A stretch of 64,000 bases of DNA from a virus. Its lineage: Duplodnaviria > Heunggongvirae > Uroviricota > Caudoviricetes. Under the pieces are notes generated by a model. The model was given only the letters and a program-made list of their open reading frames with translations. It ran no database searches and had not been told where the DNA came from. Of the stretch, positions 17,465 to 28,170 are shown piece by piece (position 1 is the first letter of the stretch; each line of letters begins with the position of its first letter). The DNA is taken from the IMG/VR virus record IMGVR_UViG_3300021254_000030, one strand, 5' to 3'. The position numbers and the translations under genes were made by a program.

Positions 17465-17764
17465 TTAAATTTTATTATATCCTGCTTTCATATGCTCCAT
17501 AGCAAGATTGATAATGCTCTGCGGAGCCTCGCCCTCTGCATAGTACCGTCTAATCTGATTCGGTCTTGCAATAAGGATTGTAATCATGATTCCGGTCCTT
17601 TTGTTATATACGAGTACCAATCCGGTAGAAGTAACCTTATGGACTTCCGGCCCGTTCTTGTGGCCACGGTCTACAGTGACCTCTTTTATGATCTGTCCCA
17701 TCCCAATCTGGGCAATGATGTGGCTACGTCTCTGTCTGTCCTCTCTCCAGTGCCTACTTGTCAT
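17465..17764 (-). CDS. hypothetical protein
   Basis: 99-aa track ORF. Confidence 0.4.
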   Translation of the reverse strand: MTSRHWREDRQRRSHIIAQIGMGQIIKEVTVDRGHKNGPEVHKVTSTGLVLVYNKRTGIMITILIARPNQIRRYYAEGEAPQSIINLAMEHMKAGYNKI

Positions 17765-17831
17765 TTTTGTGTACCCCCTTCCTTTATCTTATGTACACAT
17801 TATACACCACAGAGCGGGCGCTGTCAAGCAA

Positions 17832-17962
17832 AATATTGCACAAAATTATGGGATTGTCGCCTCAGATTTTTGTGCAAATTTCCGACTTGATTTTTTTGGC
17901 ACAGTATGTTATAATGGCAACTCGGCGCGGCCTGGTCTGAAATGGCCAAGCGCGCGCCGCGC
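17832..17962 (+). promoter_or_regulatory. rightward operator-promoter-GC-hairpin module (copy 12)
   Basis: Inverted repeat ATTGCACAAAATTATGGGAT...TTTTGTGCAA. TTGATT 17887-17892, TATAAT 17910-17915, GC-rich inverted repeat 17923-17962. Terminator GGGGGAGCGTTTGCTCCCCC. Confidence 0.5.
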
Positions 17963-17995
17963 AAAAAGGGGGAGCGTTTGCTCCCCCTGGCCTCA

Positions 17996-18142
17996 TTACT
18001 GGTGGCTCTTTTTGTAGTTTGCCATGGCGTTTTCGTATACCCACTGGACACCCTCTTTGGAATCTCTCATAAGCCTCTTCGCATTGGCTTCATCCACCAG
18101 TCCGTATGCCTTCAGTTCCTGAACCATTGCTTTCTTTGTCAT
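17996..18142 (-). CDS. small hypothetical protein (48 aa)
   Basis: ATG at 18142, MTKKAMVQELKAYGLVDEANAKRL. Conserved early promoter cassette upstream. Confidence 0.35.
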   Translation of the reverse strand: MTKKAMVQELKAYGLVDEANAKRLMRDSKEGVQWVYENAMANYKKSHQ

Positions 18143-18237
18143 TTTGTGTACCCCTTTCTTTTATGTTGTTTGTTTTCCTTTGATGATTATATTATATCGT
18201 ATGGGGGTTGTTTTGTCAACCCCCTTTTTTAATTTTT

Positions 18238-18426
18238 TTAACGAATTTCTACTTCAGTCCTTGTATATTTATAATCTTTATACATTGCATCGCCTTTTTT
18301 ATGAAAATAAACCTTTACCTTTTCACCATCTTCATAGCAACGAGGGTTGCAACCGTTTACTACGTTGACATTACCATGCTCTTTTTCAATTGCTTCAAGT
18401 GTTTCAATAAGTTCTCTGATAGTCAT
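18238..18426 (-). CDS. hypothetical protein
   Basis: 62-aa track ORF. Confidence 0.45.
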   Translation of the reverse strand: MTIRELIETLEAIEKEHGNVNVVNGCNPRCYEDGEKVKVYFHKKGDAMYKDYKYTRTEVEIR

Positions 18427-18559
18427 TTTAAATCTCCTTTTAATTTGATCGGTTGTTTGTTTTCCTTTGATGATTATATTATAGCATAGTCTGGAATAAA
18501 GTCAATAGTTTTTTTAAAAAAATAAAAAAATTTTTTTGAAAAAAATTTCATTTTTCCTC

Positions 18560-18628
18560 TTGACAATTGGCTGTCACGTGTGGTACAATATTTCGGCCTG
18601 CAGCGGCCGCGCTGGCTGGCTCTGGCCA
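18560..18628 (+). promoter_or_regulatory. rightward promoter plus GC-rich element (copy 13, no operator)
   Basis: TTGACA 18560-18565, an 18-nt spacer, TACAAT 18584-18589, then GGCCTGCAGCGGCCGCGCTGGCTGGCTCTGGCC, which contains a NotI site. Confidence 0.45.
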
Positions 18629-18714
18629 CAAGATTGTTTGTTAATTAACTAACAAAGTCTGTGCATTAAAAAACCAGTTTTTTATAGTTGACTGGAAACA
18701 ACTGTTGTGAGTTA

Positions 18715-18927
18715 TTATCTTGCAAGATACTTGAGAACAATGATTAAGCTGTTGTAGTCAAGTGCGATTAACTCGATCGGTTCACCATTCTGAAGTCTAT
18801 CTTTGAAGCCGAAAAAGTCTCGCCTCAAATCTTCAATCTCCTCTTTTGTCCATGTCTTTGCGCTCTTTTCGAGGGTATTAAGATTGGCTTTGTAAAGGTC
18901 CTTGCAATTAGCTGTTGTGAATGTCAT
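18715..18927 (-). CDS. hypothetical protein
   Basis: 70-aa track ORF. Confidence 0.45.
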   Translation of the reverse strand: MTFTTANCKDLYKANLNTLEKSAKTWTKEEIEDLRRDFFGFKDRLQNGEPIELIALDYNSLIIVLKYLAR

Positions 18928-19040
18928 TTTTTTATCTCCTTTTTTGTTGTGTGTGTTTTGTTTTCCTTTGTTGATTATATATTACATCATTATTAGATAA
19001 ATTGCAATAGGTAAAATGAAAGTTTTTATCATTCTCTGTT

Positions 19041-19121
19041 TTGCACAAAAATAGGACTTTTCAGGTTGTTTATTTTGTGCAATTTTCCCTCTTGATAATA
19101 GCAGGTCATATAATGTATACT
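19041..19121 (+). promoter_or_regulatory. operator-promoter module without GC hairpin
   Basis: Inverted repeat TTGCACAAAAATAGG...TTTTGTGCAA, then TTGATA 19092-19097 ... TATACT 19116-19121. Confidence 0.4.
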
Positions 19122-19204
19122 AGCTAGGCAAACAGTCGTTCTATTTCGTAGGTTACGTAATACATTATTATTATGATACATTGTTATGTTAATATCTTAA
19201 CAAT

Positions 19205-19302
<98 letters not shown>

Positions 19303-19399
19303 CTTTGTTGTGTCAATGCGTTAGTGCGCTAAAGCGTGCTTTGCCACTTTAGCACTTCCCTACTGTGCCGCTTTACTGCGGCGAAGCGATCCATTAATC

Positions 19400-19690
19400 T
19401 GAAATTCACATTAATGAATATTGTTAATTCTTTAACAATTCATCTATCTGGATTGACAATTTATTAACAATCCAGCTATCTGGATCCAGATCAATGAATC
19501 AACAAATCTGAATCCAGAAAAATGTATCGTGTTAAATTTTTAACAATTCAGATAGCTGGATCGTAGATTCACACGTATGAATTCACGTATGTGAATCCAC
19601 ATAGATGAATCATTTTAGGATGTTCTCCAATCTTTTAGAATACAGATTTGTGAATCCAAAAAGCTGGATCGTGAAATATTTAACAAAACT
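19400..19690. repeat. cluster of inverted and direct repeats (TTAACAAT, AGCTGGATC, GATTCACA...TGTGAATC); candidate origin or packaging region
   Basis: Non-coding region between the two early gene blocks. GATTCACACGTATGAATTCACGTATGTGAATCC is a near-palindrome. Several TTAACAAT and (A)GCTGGATC copies. Confidence 0.4.
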
Positions 19691-20119
19691 TGGCGCGCAG
19701 TGAACCAGCGCGCGCCAAGCAAATATTGACTAAAATGGAATTGCAAGCAAAAGAAAAAGACTTAACAAATTATTTATTATAATTTGTTAAGTCTTTGTTT
19801 ATTCACGGGTATTATCTTATTATATTATTTTTGGGGCAGTCTATTCTACGCAGTGTTTATTTAAACTTTTTCTCTCTACAGAACATTCCCGAAAGTTTTT
19901 CGGGGGGGATATATTTCGGGAAAAAATTTTTTTAATTTTAGAAAAATTTTATGCCCTCCACATTCCCTGTACCAAAAATTTTTAAGTTTTCAAATAACGG
20001 AAAAATTAATTCCCCGTACCAAAAAAGCCATAAATCATTTCTGATATATCAATCTTCCTATCGAAAAACCTATAGCAGCACCGCTTAAAAATACTGAAAT
20101 TATTACAAAACAATCCATT

Positions 20120-21052
20120 TTATTCTTTATTACTCATATTCACAATAGGAGTAGCATCTCCCTGAATCTGAGGAACCGCGCCATTCCACTTTTCAATCTT
20201 TCTCTGCTCAATAAGTTCAGGAGTCAGCGACCCCGCAATCTTCTTATTAGCTTCCGCCTCAGCCTCAGCCGCAATTCTCTTAGCTTCCGCATCACCTTCA
20301 GCCTTAATCTTTGCCTTTTCCGCATTAATCTTTGCGGCCTCTTTTTCCTTTTCAGCGTTAATAATGGCAACTTCTTTTTCCTTATTAGCCTCAACCTTAG
20401 CCTGCTCCGCAGTTACCTTAGCGGTCTCAAGTTTTTCCTGAGCCTTAATCTTTTCTTTGATTGCTTTATCAGTATCCTTATCAGGACGAATATCAGCAAG
20501 AGCAACGTTATCAATAATAATACCATACTTATCAAATCGCTCCTTCATCCTCTTAGTAAGTGTAGCGTTAACCTGTCCGCGCTGCTTACTAACAATATCA
20601 ATCATAGAAAAGGCGGGAGTCTCTTCTTTAATCCAAGCCTGCATCTTTGGCTTAATAAAGCTACCCAAAATCTCCTTACCGCTCTGGCCTCTAAATCTAG
20701 TAAAGACTTCAGGGACGCGCGCCTCATCAAAAGAATATGAAAAAGCTACGTCCGTTTCCAATGAAGCGCCCTCCTTAGTAGGAATTTCAAAACTTTCATC
20801 ATTAGGTGAATCGCCTACATCACCCTTTGTCATATAAGACTGCTCAAGCGCAATAGAATAAAGCGTAATAGTCTTAGTAGGTGAGACTAGCTTCCAACCC
20901 TGGCGGAGAACATCCTTCTCAATTCCGCCATTCATATTATAAACAACACCTACATAACCTGCGGGAATCCTCTCGGTGCACTTAAAGCTACAAACGATAA
21001 CCATAAAGATAATAATAGCCGTACCAACGCCGCCAACTAAACCTTTTCTCAT
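20120..21052 (-). CDS. SPFH/band-7 (prohibitin/stomatin-like) membrane protein
   Basis: N-terminal TM helix, then PAGYVGVVYNMNGGIEKDVLRQGWKLVSP and a long KE-rich coiled coil. 310 aa. Confidence 0.6.
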   Translation of the reverse strand: MRKGLVGGVGTAIIIFMVIVCSFKCTERIPAGYVGVVYNMNGGIEKDVLRQGWKLVSPTKTITLYSIALEQSYMTKGDVGDSPNDESFEIPTKEGASLETDVAFSYSFDEARVPEVFTRFRGQSGKEILGSFIKPKMQAWIKEETPAFSMIDIVSKQRGQVNATLTKRMKERFDKYGIIIDNVALADIRPDKDTDKAIKEKIKAQEKLETAKVTAEQAKVEANKEKEVAIINAEKEKEAAKINAEKAKIKAEGDAEAKRIAAEAEAEANKKIAGSLTPELIEQRKIEKWNGAVPQIQGDATPIVNMSNKE

Positions 21053-21159
21053 TTACTTATTTCTCCTTTTGTTTTTATTCATTCATTCATTTCCAAACAG
21101 CATAATAGTCGCGCCCACCACCACTCCCGCTACAAAGCCTAATAAAAATAATCCCATAA

Positions 21160-21309
21160 TTTTAATTTTTTAATCCTCATCTTCTTTCTTATTTAAATTT
21201 CTTTTAATATCTCTATACATATCTACAAGGATGGCGCCAATTATTGGGAAAAATATATTAAGTAATGCCCATAATGCGGTGCCCGCCAGAATAACTAAAA
21301 ATAAAAATA
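21160..21309 (-). CDS. small membrane protein (49 aa)
   Basis: ATG at 21309, MNPVFLFLVILAGTALWALL... Confidence 0.3.
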
Positions 21310-21315
21310 CTGGAT

Positions 21316-21903
21316 TCATTTCTTTTCTTCTTCTTTCTTTTGTTTTATTGCTTTTAAGACTGAAAGAAACTCAGAATAGGTTTTACCTGTTTTCTTAATG
21401 GCGGTCTTGTCCCACCATGCGGAAGTCTGCTGGTCATCGCCGGGATTAACAAGAACAAGTATCTGCGAAGAGTGAGAACATGGATTGATTACACATGCTC
21501 TTGTTCCACTCTCAGTTTCTACCTCATCTGCAATCTTAATTTCTGCGGCCTTTTCTTGCTCATACTGTTTAAGTTTTTCTATGGCCCCAGCAGCGGTATG
21601 AGCCTTCATAACTTCCTTTGTATACCACTCACCAAAAACTTTTTCACTGGTATCGGCATCCATGTTAATAATATCTCTCGCCGCATCCCACGCGTCGTTG
21701 AGACCGTCAGTATGCCCAACTTTATATCCCACATCATGGCCCTTTGTATATGCATCATCTATAATTTGTTCAAGATCAGGCTCAACATAAGGAGTCAAGT
21801 CTTTTACTTGTTTAAATTCAACGTTTGCTTTATTTCCTTTAATTTGTACACATTCAACCCACTGAGTGTTCTCGTCCAATTCAATAATATATTTTTTTGA
21901 CAT
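21316..21903 (-). CDS. hypothetical protein
   Basis: 195-aa track ORF. Confidence 0.5.
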   Translation of the reverse strand: MSKKYIIELDENTQWVECVQIKGNKANVEFKQVKDLTPYVEPDLEQIIDDAYTKGHDVGYKVGHTDGLNDAWDAARDIINMDADTSEKVFGEWYTKEVMKAHTAAGAIEKLKQYEQEKAAEIKIADEVETESGTRACVINPCSHSSQILVLVNPGDDQQTSAWWDKTAIKKTGKTYSEFLSVLKAIKQKKEEEKK

Positions 21904-21907
21904 ATTT

Positions 21908-22096
21908 TTACCTCATTTGATATAAAATTGTAAAAGTGATTCCGTATACAACAATTGCAACAAGCCATGCGACAATTGGAAAGTCATACTCATCAAAATC
22001 AGTAACAACGCCGCCAACTATTCCAGTTCCAAGTGCAAAGAAAAATGCTGATACAAAGAATAATCCGATATGGGCAAAGTCATTAACATTTATCAT
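21908..22096 (-). CDS. small membrane protein
   Basis: 62 aa, two TM helices. Confidence 0.4.
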   Translation of the reverse strand: MINVNDFAHIGLFFVSAFFFALGTGIVGGVVTDFDEYDFPIVAWLVAIVVYGITFTILYQMR

Positions 22097-22112
22097 ACTC
22101 TTGCTCCTTTTT

Positions 22113-22274
22113 TCATGTAATCACCAAACATGCTGCAACTACAAAACATGTAAGTGCCCAGATGCAAGTTTTTGGATTAGTTTCTGATATAGCGTCATAC
22201 ATCAGTGCACCAGCTACAAATCCAAGTATTGTATGGGCGTGAGATGCTATAAATATAGCAATATCCATATTCAT
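22113..22274 (-). CDS. small membrane protein
   Basis: Track ORF trimmed to MNMDIAIF with RBS GAAGGAGTGAGAAT. Confidence 0.35.
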   Translation of the reverse strand: MNMDIAIFIASHAHTILGFVAGALMYDAISETNPKTCIWALTCFVVAACLVIT

Positions 22275-22278
22275 ATTC

Positions 22279-22575
22279 TCACTCCTTCCTTTCACCACGA
22301 CAGCAAAAATCATTAGGATCAGGACAAGTAAGAACTTCTCGCCTACATTCATACACTTGTCCGAATTTTCTCGCGGATTCTTCAGAACGCCACTTGATTA
22401 CATACTTACACTTCCAGCACCTAACCACAGGAACAACATCTGCGGCGGGAATGGCTTTAATTTTTCCTTTATCACAAGACATCTGGCTTATCATTCCACG
22501 CTCGAAATCTGTATGTGGAACATACTCTTCTCCGATTGCCTCTACCGCATCCTCTCTGCGGATATACTCAACCAT
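22279..22575 (-). CDS. Cys-rich (zinc-finger-like) protein
   Basis: 98 aa, CWKCKY...C..C. Confidence 0.45.
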   Translation of the reverse strand: MVEYIRREDAVEAIGEEYVPHTDFERGMISQMSCDKGKIKAIPAADVVPVVRCWKCKYVIKWRSEESARKFGQVYECRREVLTCPDPNDFCCRGERKE

Positions 22576-22605
22576 CGTATTTCTCCTTCATTATAATTCT
22601 CGTGG

Positions 22606-22839
22606 TTATACCCTGAAGTAAGTCTGACTAGATTTTTCTGTGTACATTACATGCCACGGTTCCTTATCAATTCTTGTTCCGCAATAACAGCACGATGGAT
22701 ACGACTCTTTTGCAAACTGTTTGCTACCGCACTTTGGGCAGTAAGTATACCAATTATATTCAGAGTCAATATTGTACATACGTTGTAACCAAAGGGTGTA
22801 ATCCCACGGTTCTTTATTGATTGTGCTAATCTCGCTCAC
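22606..22839 (-). CDS. zinc-ribbon protein
   Basis: CPKCG...CCYCG, 77 aa. Confidence 0.45.
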   Translation of the reverse strand: MSEISTINKEPWDYTLWLQRMYNIDSEYNWYTYCPKCGSKQFAKESYPSCCYCGTRIDKEPWHVMYTEKSSQTYFRV

Positions 22840-22845
22840 CCCCTT

Positions 22846-23052
22846 TTAAAAAAGACATTCAAAAACCATTATTGTTGCTAATATGGCAAGACCTAAAAGA
22901 AAAATTATTTCAAATTCTTCTGAATCAAAGAATGTTTTTTTCTCATATTCAGGGCAAGAATCAAAAGGATTTACATCATAAATATACTCAGGGTGCGCGC
23001 AACAGCATGAATCCCGCCATATATAATACTTACAATCTTCACATTTTTTCAT
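22846..23052 (-). CDS. Cys-rich protein with C-terminal TM helix
   Basis: 68-aa track ORF. Confidence 0.4.
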   Translation of the reverse strand: MKKCEDCKYYIWRDSCCCAHPEYIYDVNPFDSCPEYEKKTFFDSEEFEIIFLLGLAILATIMVFECLF

Positions 23053-23324
23053 ACGTTATCTCAATCGCTAAAACATTAAATTTTGGAAAATATCCAACCT
23101 ATCTACGATAATATCTATCTACTTGAATTATCTTATATTCACCACTATATTGTTCTATAGTGTATTTTTTATCATCTGTCTCTTTAAAAGAAAAACACAA
23201 GTTTTCTTTTGTTCGTACAGTTATACTCATTTGTTATTCTCCCATCCAATCTAACACAAAACATATGCAGAAACCCATCCAAATACCACAAAGATATATA
23301 CCAAGAGCACCTATCCAATCCATA

Positions 23325-23513
23325 TTATTTTCCTTCATTACCATTTTCATAAAACGGGCAATTATATCTTACCAATTGCCCAGGCTTAGGTTCATACTTA
23401 CATACCTTTCTTGCGCAATGATTACAATCTCCCGTTTGGGAAATTCTCCTATATGCAATCAATGTATCTAGGATGTATGCCACATCTGCTATTACATTGT
23501 CTAATTTATCCAT
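23325..23513 (-). CDS. hypothetical Cys-containing protein
   Basis: Track ORF trimmed to MDKLDNVIADV. Confidence 0.4.
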   Translation of the reverse strand: MDKLDNVIADVAYILDTLIAYRRISQTGDCNHCARKVCKYEPKPGQLVRYNCPFYENGNEGK

Positions 23514-23658
23514 ACTCACTCCTTTAATGCATCTATAAATATTTTAGCAACGGCGCAAAGAAAGAGGACACACCCAATACTAAAGCTATACTTAATAAGT
23601 ATGTGTCCGTAAATTATCCCAATAAGCGCATACCACCAAGCATTTAATGTACGTTTCA

Positions 23659-23868
23659 TTACAATCTCCTATTTTCTGTTCTCTTGTGATGCTCTTGTTT
23701 CCATCTTTTTATATCTTGATGATTTTTATAAATAAAAATAAAAATAATAATAAAAGCAATACAAAAGCAAAAGACTCCAATCAATAGAAGAATTGAATAG
23801 AATTTAACGAGCGGGATACCATACTTTTCAAAAATTTCGATTATCGCTTCTATCTTTTGACTATACAT
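23659..23868 (-). CDS. small membrane protein
   Basis: 69-aa track ORF with a hydrophobic core. Confidence 0.4.
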   Translation of the reverse strand: MYSQKIEAIIEIFEKYGIPLVKFYSILLLIGVFCFCIAFIIIFIFIYKNHQDIKRWKQEHHKRTENRRL

Positions 23869-23884
23869 TATCGCTTATCTCCAC

Positions 23885-24145
23885 TCATTTTTCTTCTTTT
23901 TTAAAATAGTTATTCCACCATTCTATTGCTTTTTTCAAACTGTAAAGACGGTCGGAAAGTTGCTCTACTTTAAATTCATCATCTAGACATGCTCCCACAA
24001 TAACTTCATACCATACATTATCTTTAAAAGGCTCTGCACAAAAGATTAAATCAATCTCCTTATCCAACCCATTCTCTTTAAAACGTTCCCATTTAAGGGT
24101 TTCTTCATAAATTCCATAATCTTTAAAATCATCTATTTTTAACAT
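23885..24145 (-). CDS. hypothetical protein
   Basis: 86-aa track ORF. Confidence 0.45.
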   Translation of the reverse strand: MLKIDDFKDYGIYEETLKWERFKENGLDKEIDLIFCAEPFKDNVWYEVIVGACLDDEFKVEQLSDRLYSLKKAIEWWNNYFKKEEK

Positions 24146-24527
24146 GCGCGAGCGCCTCCTTAATCTTCGCTTTATCTACGTCATGGATATGAATAACCTG
24201 GTCCGCTTTTACATCTCCAGCTATATCTCCAAAAACCACTACAACAGATTTTTCACCTTTTGCAACTATATTTCCATTGCTATCACCATAAATAACAACG
24301 TTATTACCAAAAATACTACCGACATGGTCGCCGCGCACTATTTTCATTTCGTCCTTTTGTTCTTCCTCAGGGATAGGTTGCCAGTAATAAGCATGGGCAT
24401 AAGGATAGTACATCATATTACAGATACGACATTGATAAAATTTATCATTGTACTGTACGCAATCACCCTCTTTATATAATCTATAATAATCATAAGGAGT
24501 AATTTTATGTCCACGGTAAAAAAGCAT
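24129..24527 (-). CDS. hypothetical protein (first gene of the leftward early block)
   Basis: 132-aa track ORF. Divergent from the late promoter. Confidence 0.5.
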   Translation of the reverse strand: MLFYRGHKITPYDYYRLYKEGDCVQYNDKFYQCRICNMMYYPYAHAYYWQPIPEEEQKDEMKIVRGDHVGSIFGNNVVIYGDSNGNIVAKGEKSVVVVFGDIAGDVKADQVIHIHDVDKAKIKEALAHVKNR

Positions 24528-24618
24528 TTTTATTTTTCCTTTCTTTCTCTCTTCATCTTATAAATATATTATATCAAAAAAATTTCAAAAAAACAAGTTA
24601 TTTTGCTATGAGGCTACT

Positions 24619-24647
24619 TTGACTTGTACAAAAAATTTTGGTATACT
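24619..24647 (+). promoter_or_regulatory. promoter of the rightward late/structural operon
   Basis: TTGACT-17 nt-TATACT, then RBS AAGGAGAATC before ATG at 24682. Confidence 0.45.
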
Positions 24648-24681
24648 TAAAATATAAGGTCAAGAAAGGAGAATCTTATAA

Positions 24682-25797
24682 ATGGAAAATTCAACACAAT
24701 TAAAGTTAGATTATACCATTTAGTCTCCCCAATAGCGAACAGCATTGGTACAACAAATTGTTGATTCTTTACCTCCTGAAAAATTAACAAACCGATATTT
24801 AGAAATAATGTCAGATTATATAATTTTTGCAATGACAAAAGAGGAACGAAAAAATAAAAATATAAATACAACAAATAGAATGGTGACAGTTAATAAGCGG
24901 GAAAGATCCTTTGAAGGGCTGGTAGAGAAATTTGAAAATGGAGAAGATGGTATTTATAATTTAATAACGGAAGATAAAAATATTATTTTTACTCCAAAAA
25001 TTTCTATTACTGCGGAAGATGTGTAGACTATCCCTGGCCTCAAGCAATTACAGGAAGCTATAGCGGAAGTAGAAGCCCGCGAGAAAAAAGCAAAAGGAAG
25101 AAAACGATTTCTTTTAAAACAACAAATCATACAATTAAGACAGGATCAATATGTTTTAAAAAATTCTTATAAACAACCTATAAACTGTTTAAATGGAATA
25201 AAAAATTTCTATACCATGAACTTTGATGATAATATTTTTATAAAAGAAAATGGTTAGATAGAAGATAAAAGTCTTATTTCTTTTATGAATCCTAAACACA
25301 TTTCTGCTCTTTTGTGTCATTATTCTCAATTAAAGGAGAATTGTTACGGAAAATTTTACGCTGACGGTTATTTTTTAATGGAGTCTTTAGATAAGATAGT
25401 TGATTAGACTTTTAAAAAAAAGTACCCTTTATATTATACTTTGCTTATTTATAAAATTGATGGGAAAACAAATTTATAGATTCAAAGTCTTTTAGAAAAA
25501 GAGCATGGCGTCCACTATTCTGTTGAGCATATATCCGCCTTGTGGCGTAATAAAATTCCTAAGATGGTTGCGGAAACTGCCAAGAAGAATTTTTTAACAT
25601 GGTATTATACGGAAAAGGCACGCGGGAAATGGAAAAAATGTTCACGCTGTGGATAGATAAAATTGGCGCATAATATTTATTTTTCTAAAAATAATTCAAG
25701 TAAAGATGGCTTTTATTCTATTTGTAAGGATTGCCGCAATAAAAAGAAAGACAAAGTAGTAAAAATAGTAAAAAGGATTCCGTACAAAGGAGATTAA
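24682..25797 (+). CDS. hypothetical late protein (371 aa, 7 in-frame TAG)
   Basis: Continuous frame through track ORF 24745..25026 to TAA at 25795-25797, interrupted only by TAG. Confidence 0.45.
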
Positions 25798-25798
25798 T

Positions 25799-27055
25799 AT
25801 GGCTAAAAGAACATGTTAGAAATGCGGGCGAACTATGGAAGATTTAAAGTTTTATTCTTACCGTAATGGTGAAAAAACTTAGATGTGTAAATAGTGTTTA
25901 ACCATGCATGTAGATAATTTTGATCCAGATACCTTCTTATGGATTCTTTAGAAACTTGATGTGCCGTGGGTTCCTATTTTTTGGAATAAAATTAGAGACA
26001 GAGAATATGCAAAACATGGTAATAAGTTAAAAGGAACTTCTGTAATTGGTAAATATCTATCTCAAGTAAAATTAAAACAATATAAAGAATATACATGGGC
26101 AAGAAGCGAAGAATTACAAAAAATAGTTTCCCAAAACAAAAATGTTGATAAAGAGGCGGAACTCTTTCGTCAGGAACAATTAAAAAAACAATTTGAAAAT
26201 GGTGAAATTAACGAAGCACAGTATAGGACTTTAACTGGCTCTGATTTTCAAAAGGAAAATGAATATATTGTTTTACCAAAACCTCCTGAGCAAGATGCAA
26301 TAGGTAAAGATAATGCTTTTAATGAAAATGATTTCTTCCCCGAGGAAGAGTTGCCTGATCTAGCGGCAGACCTTACTTTAGAAGATAAAAAATATCTTGT
26401 TATGAAATGGGGTCGTACATACAAAATGAGTCAATTAATTGAATTATAGCAAAAATATGTTGAAATGACAAATTCTTTTGACATACAAGATGCAGATAGT
26501 AAAAATTCTTTAATTCTTATTTGTAAAACATATCTTAAAATGAACGAAGCCTTGGATTGCGGAGATGTAGAAGGATATGGTAAATATAGTAGAACCTATG
26601 ATATGTTAAGGAAGTCCGCCAAGTTTACCGCAGCGCAAAATAAAGAAGAAAAGGGTGATGTCGTTGATTCAGTTGGTGAATTAGTTGCCTTTTGTTAGAA
26701 AAATGGCGGAAGGATACCTAGGTTTTAGATTAAACAACCTGATGCTATTGATAAAATTATTGATGATTTAAAAGCATATAATAGAAGTCTTATTTATGAA
26801 GATTCTGCTCTTGCAAGACAGATTTAGGATTTTTTGAAACAAGCAAGAGCACAACAAATGAAAAAAGAAGATATTAAAACGGCTAAAGAACAAGGCTTTG
26901 ATGTACCTCAATTAACAGAAGAAGATACATTAGCTTATAAAGAGTTTTTAAGACAGTAGGCAAGTGAAACTGATAAAATTACAAGAGGCCAAAGAGACCT
27001 CACTAATCCTATTGATGATATGCTCTTTGATGATACGGGAGGGCATCAAGAATGA
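25799..27055 (+). CDS. putative terminase small subunit / zinc-ribbon DNA-binding protein (419 aa, about 10 TAG)
   Basis: N-terminal CQKCG...CKQC ribbon. Same frame as track ORFs 25961..26449 and 26465..26698. Sits immediately upstream of terL and overlaps its ATG (ATGA). Confidence 0.35.
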
Positions 27056-27297
27056 GTTTACAAACATTATTAGATAATTCTCTTGCTTATGAAGGTAAAA
27101 AACAAGGTATATCAGAATAGAGATTACTTTAGCAATTAGATAATATAAGAGATAAAATTGCTTTTTTTAGATAGTATCCTGATTTATTTATTGATTTTAT
27201 ACAAGGTCCAGAAGGTACTTTTAAATTTCTTTATTACCAGCGGATTTTCTTACGAATTGTTATGCGGCATCGGTATGTTTATGCGACATTCCCCCGT
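27052..27297 (+). CDS. terL: terminase large subunit, exon 1
   Basis: MSLQTLLDNS...PDLFIDFIQGPEGTFKFLYYQRIFLRIVMRHRYVYATFPR is a typical TerL N-terminus. The frame then breaks where the intron begins. The exact 5' splice site is not determined. Confidence 0.45.
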
Positions 27298-28170
27298 AGA
27301 ATATGTGCGGGGTGAGAATAGTAATATTCTCAAAGGAAACCTATTGAATTGCTGGGAAGTCCAGAACGGATTATCAGCAGCTAAGTTATTTATAAGGAGA
27401 TTTTTATGGAGAAGAGAATTAGCGATCTCTACCCTGATATTAAAGATTGTTATATTATTGATGACATGGGTAAAATTCGTAATATTAATACAGGAAATTA
27501 TATAAAAATAAATAAAAATCATAACGGTTATATGAGAGTAAGTTTAATGAAAAAAAGTGGAGGAACAACTTCTATTCAATATCATAGATTATTAATGATG
27601 TTATTTAAGCCAGTAAAAGGAATGGAAAAATTACAAATAAATCATATAGATGGCAATAAAGAAAATAATACATTAGATAACTTATAGTGGGTGACTCCCC
27701 AAGAAAATATACATCATGCAATTAAAACTGGATTAACTAATTTTTCATATTTACAGGGAGAAAAAACTAATTTTTCTCATTATACTGAAAAAGATGCAAA
27801 ATTAGTAATAGATTTATTAAAGAGTAATAAATATACTGATAAAGAAATTTCTAAAATTACTGGTTTTCCTGTAAGAAGTTTTATAGCTAAAATAAGACGT
27901 AAAGAAACTTGGACTTATCTTACTAAAGATATAGATACTCCGTTAGGAAAAGCGGAAAGAAAAACTTTTACTTATAAATAAAAAGTTCAACGACTATCTC
28001 AGAAGAGAGTAGAGGAAAAGTTTCCTCGAAGCGGTAGGCTCCTTTAGTTCCAAGCTAAAGGATGATGATATAGTCTAATCTCTATGGGAACATAGAGCAC
28101 ACTTATGTGAATATAATTTAACGAATTATATTAAATATAAATAGCATATTCAAAATCATTTCTTTCCATG
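27298..28170 (+). mobile_element. group I intron in terL carrying an HNH homing endonuclease ORF
   Basis: P-like AATTGCTGGGAAG (27347-27359), Q-like ATCAGCAGC, R element GTTCAACGACTA (27985-27996), S element GATATAGTC (28068-28076). TerL exon frames are interrupted exactly here. Boundaries approximate. Confidence 0.5.
27406..27981 (+). CDS. HNH homing endonuclease (intron-encoded), one in-frame TAG
   Basis: GYMRVSL...QYHRLLMMLF...INHIDGNKENN then NL-[TAG]-WVTPQENIHHA. The conserved NLEWVTPKEN-type motif is split by TAG at 27688-27690. Confidence 0.6.

Noticed and set aside
17408-18017. plus-strand ORFs 17408..17890, 17586..18017 and neighbours
   Set aside because: They overlap minus-strand genes and promoter modules, have no RBS, and show low-complexity translations.
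5377-19121. Repeated promoter/hairpin modules as a possible CRISPR array
   Set aside because: The repeats are 1-2 kb apart, separated by genes, and their spacing and sequences are irregular. They are promoter-like elements, not 25-40 bp direct repeats with uniform spacers.
27158-27505. 115-aa ORF between TerL exon 1 and the HNH gene
   Set aside because: It is the +1 frame read-out of intron sequence (P/Q region) running into the HNH start. Not a gene.
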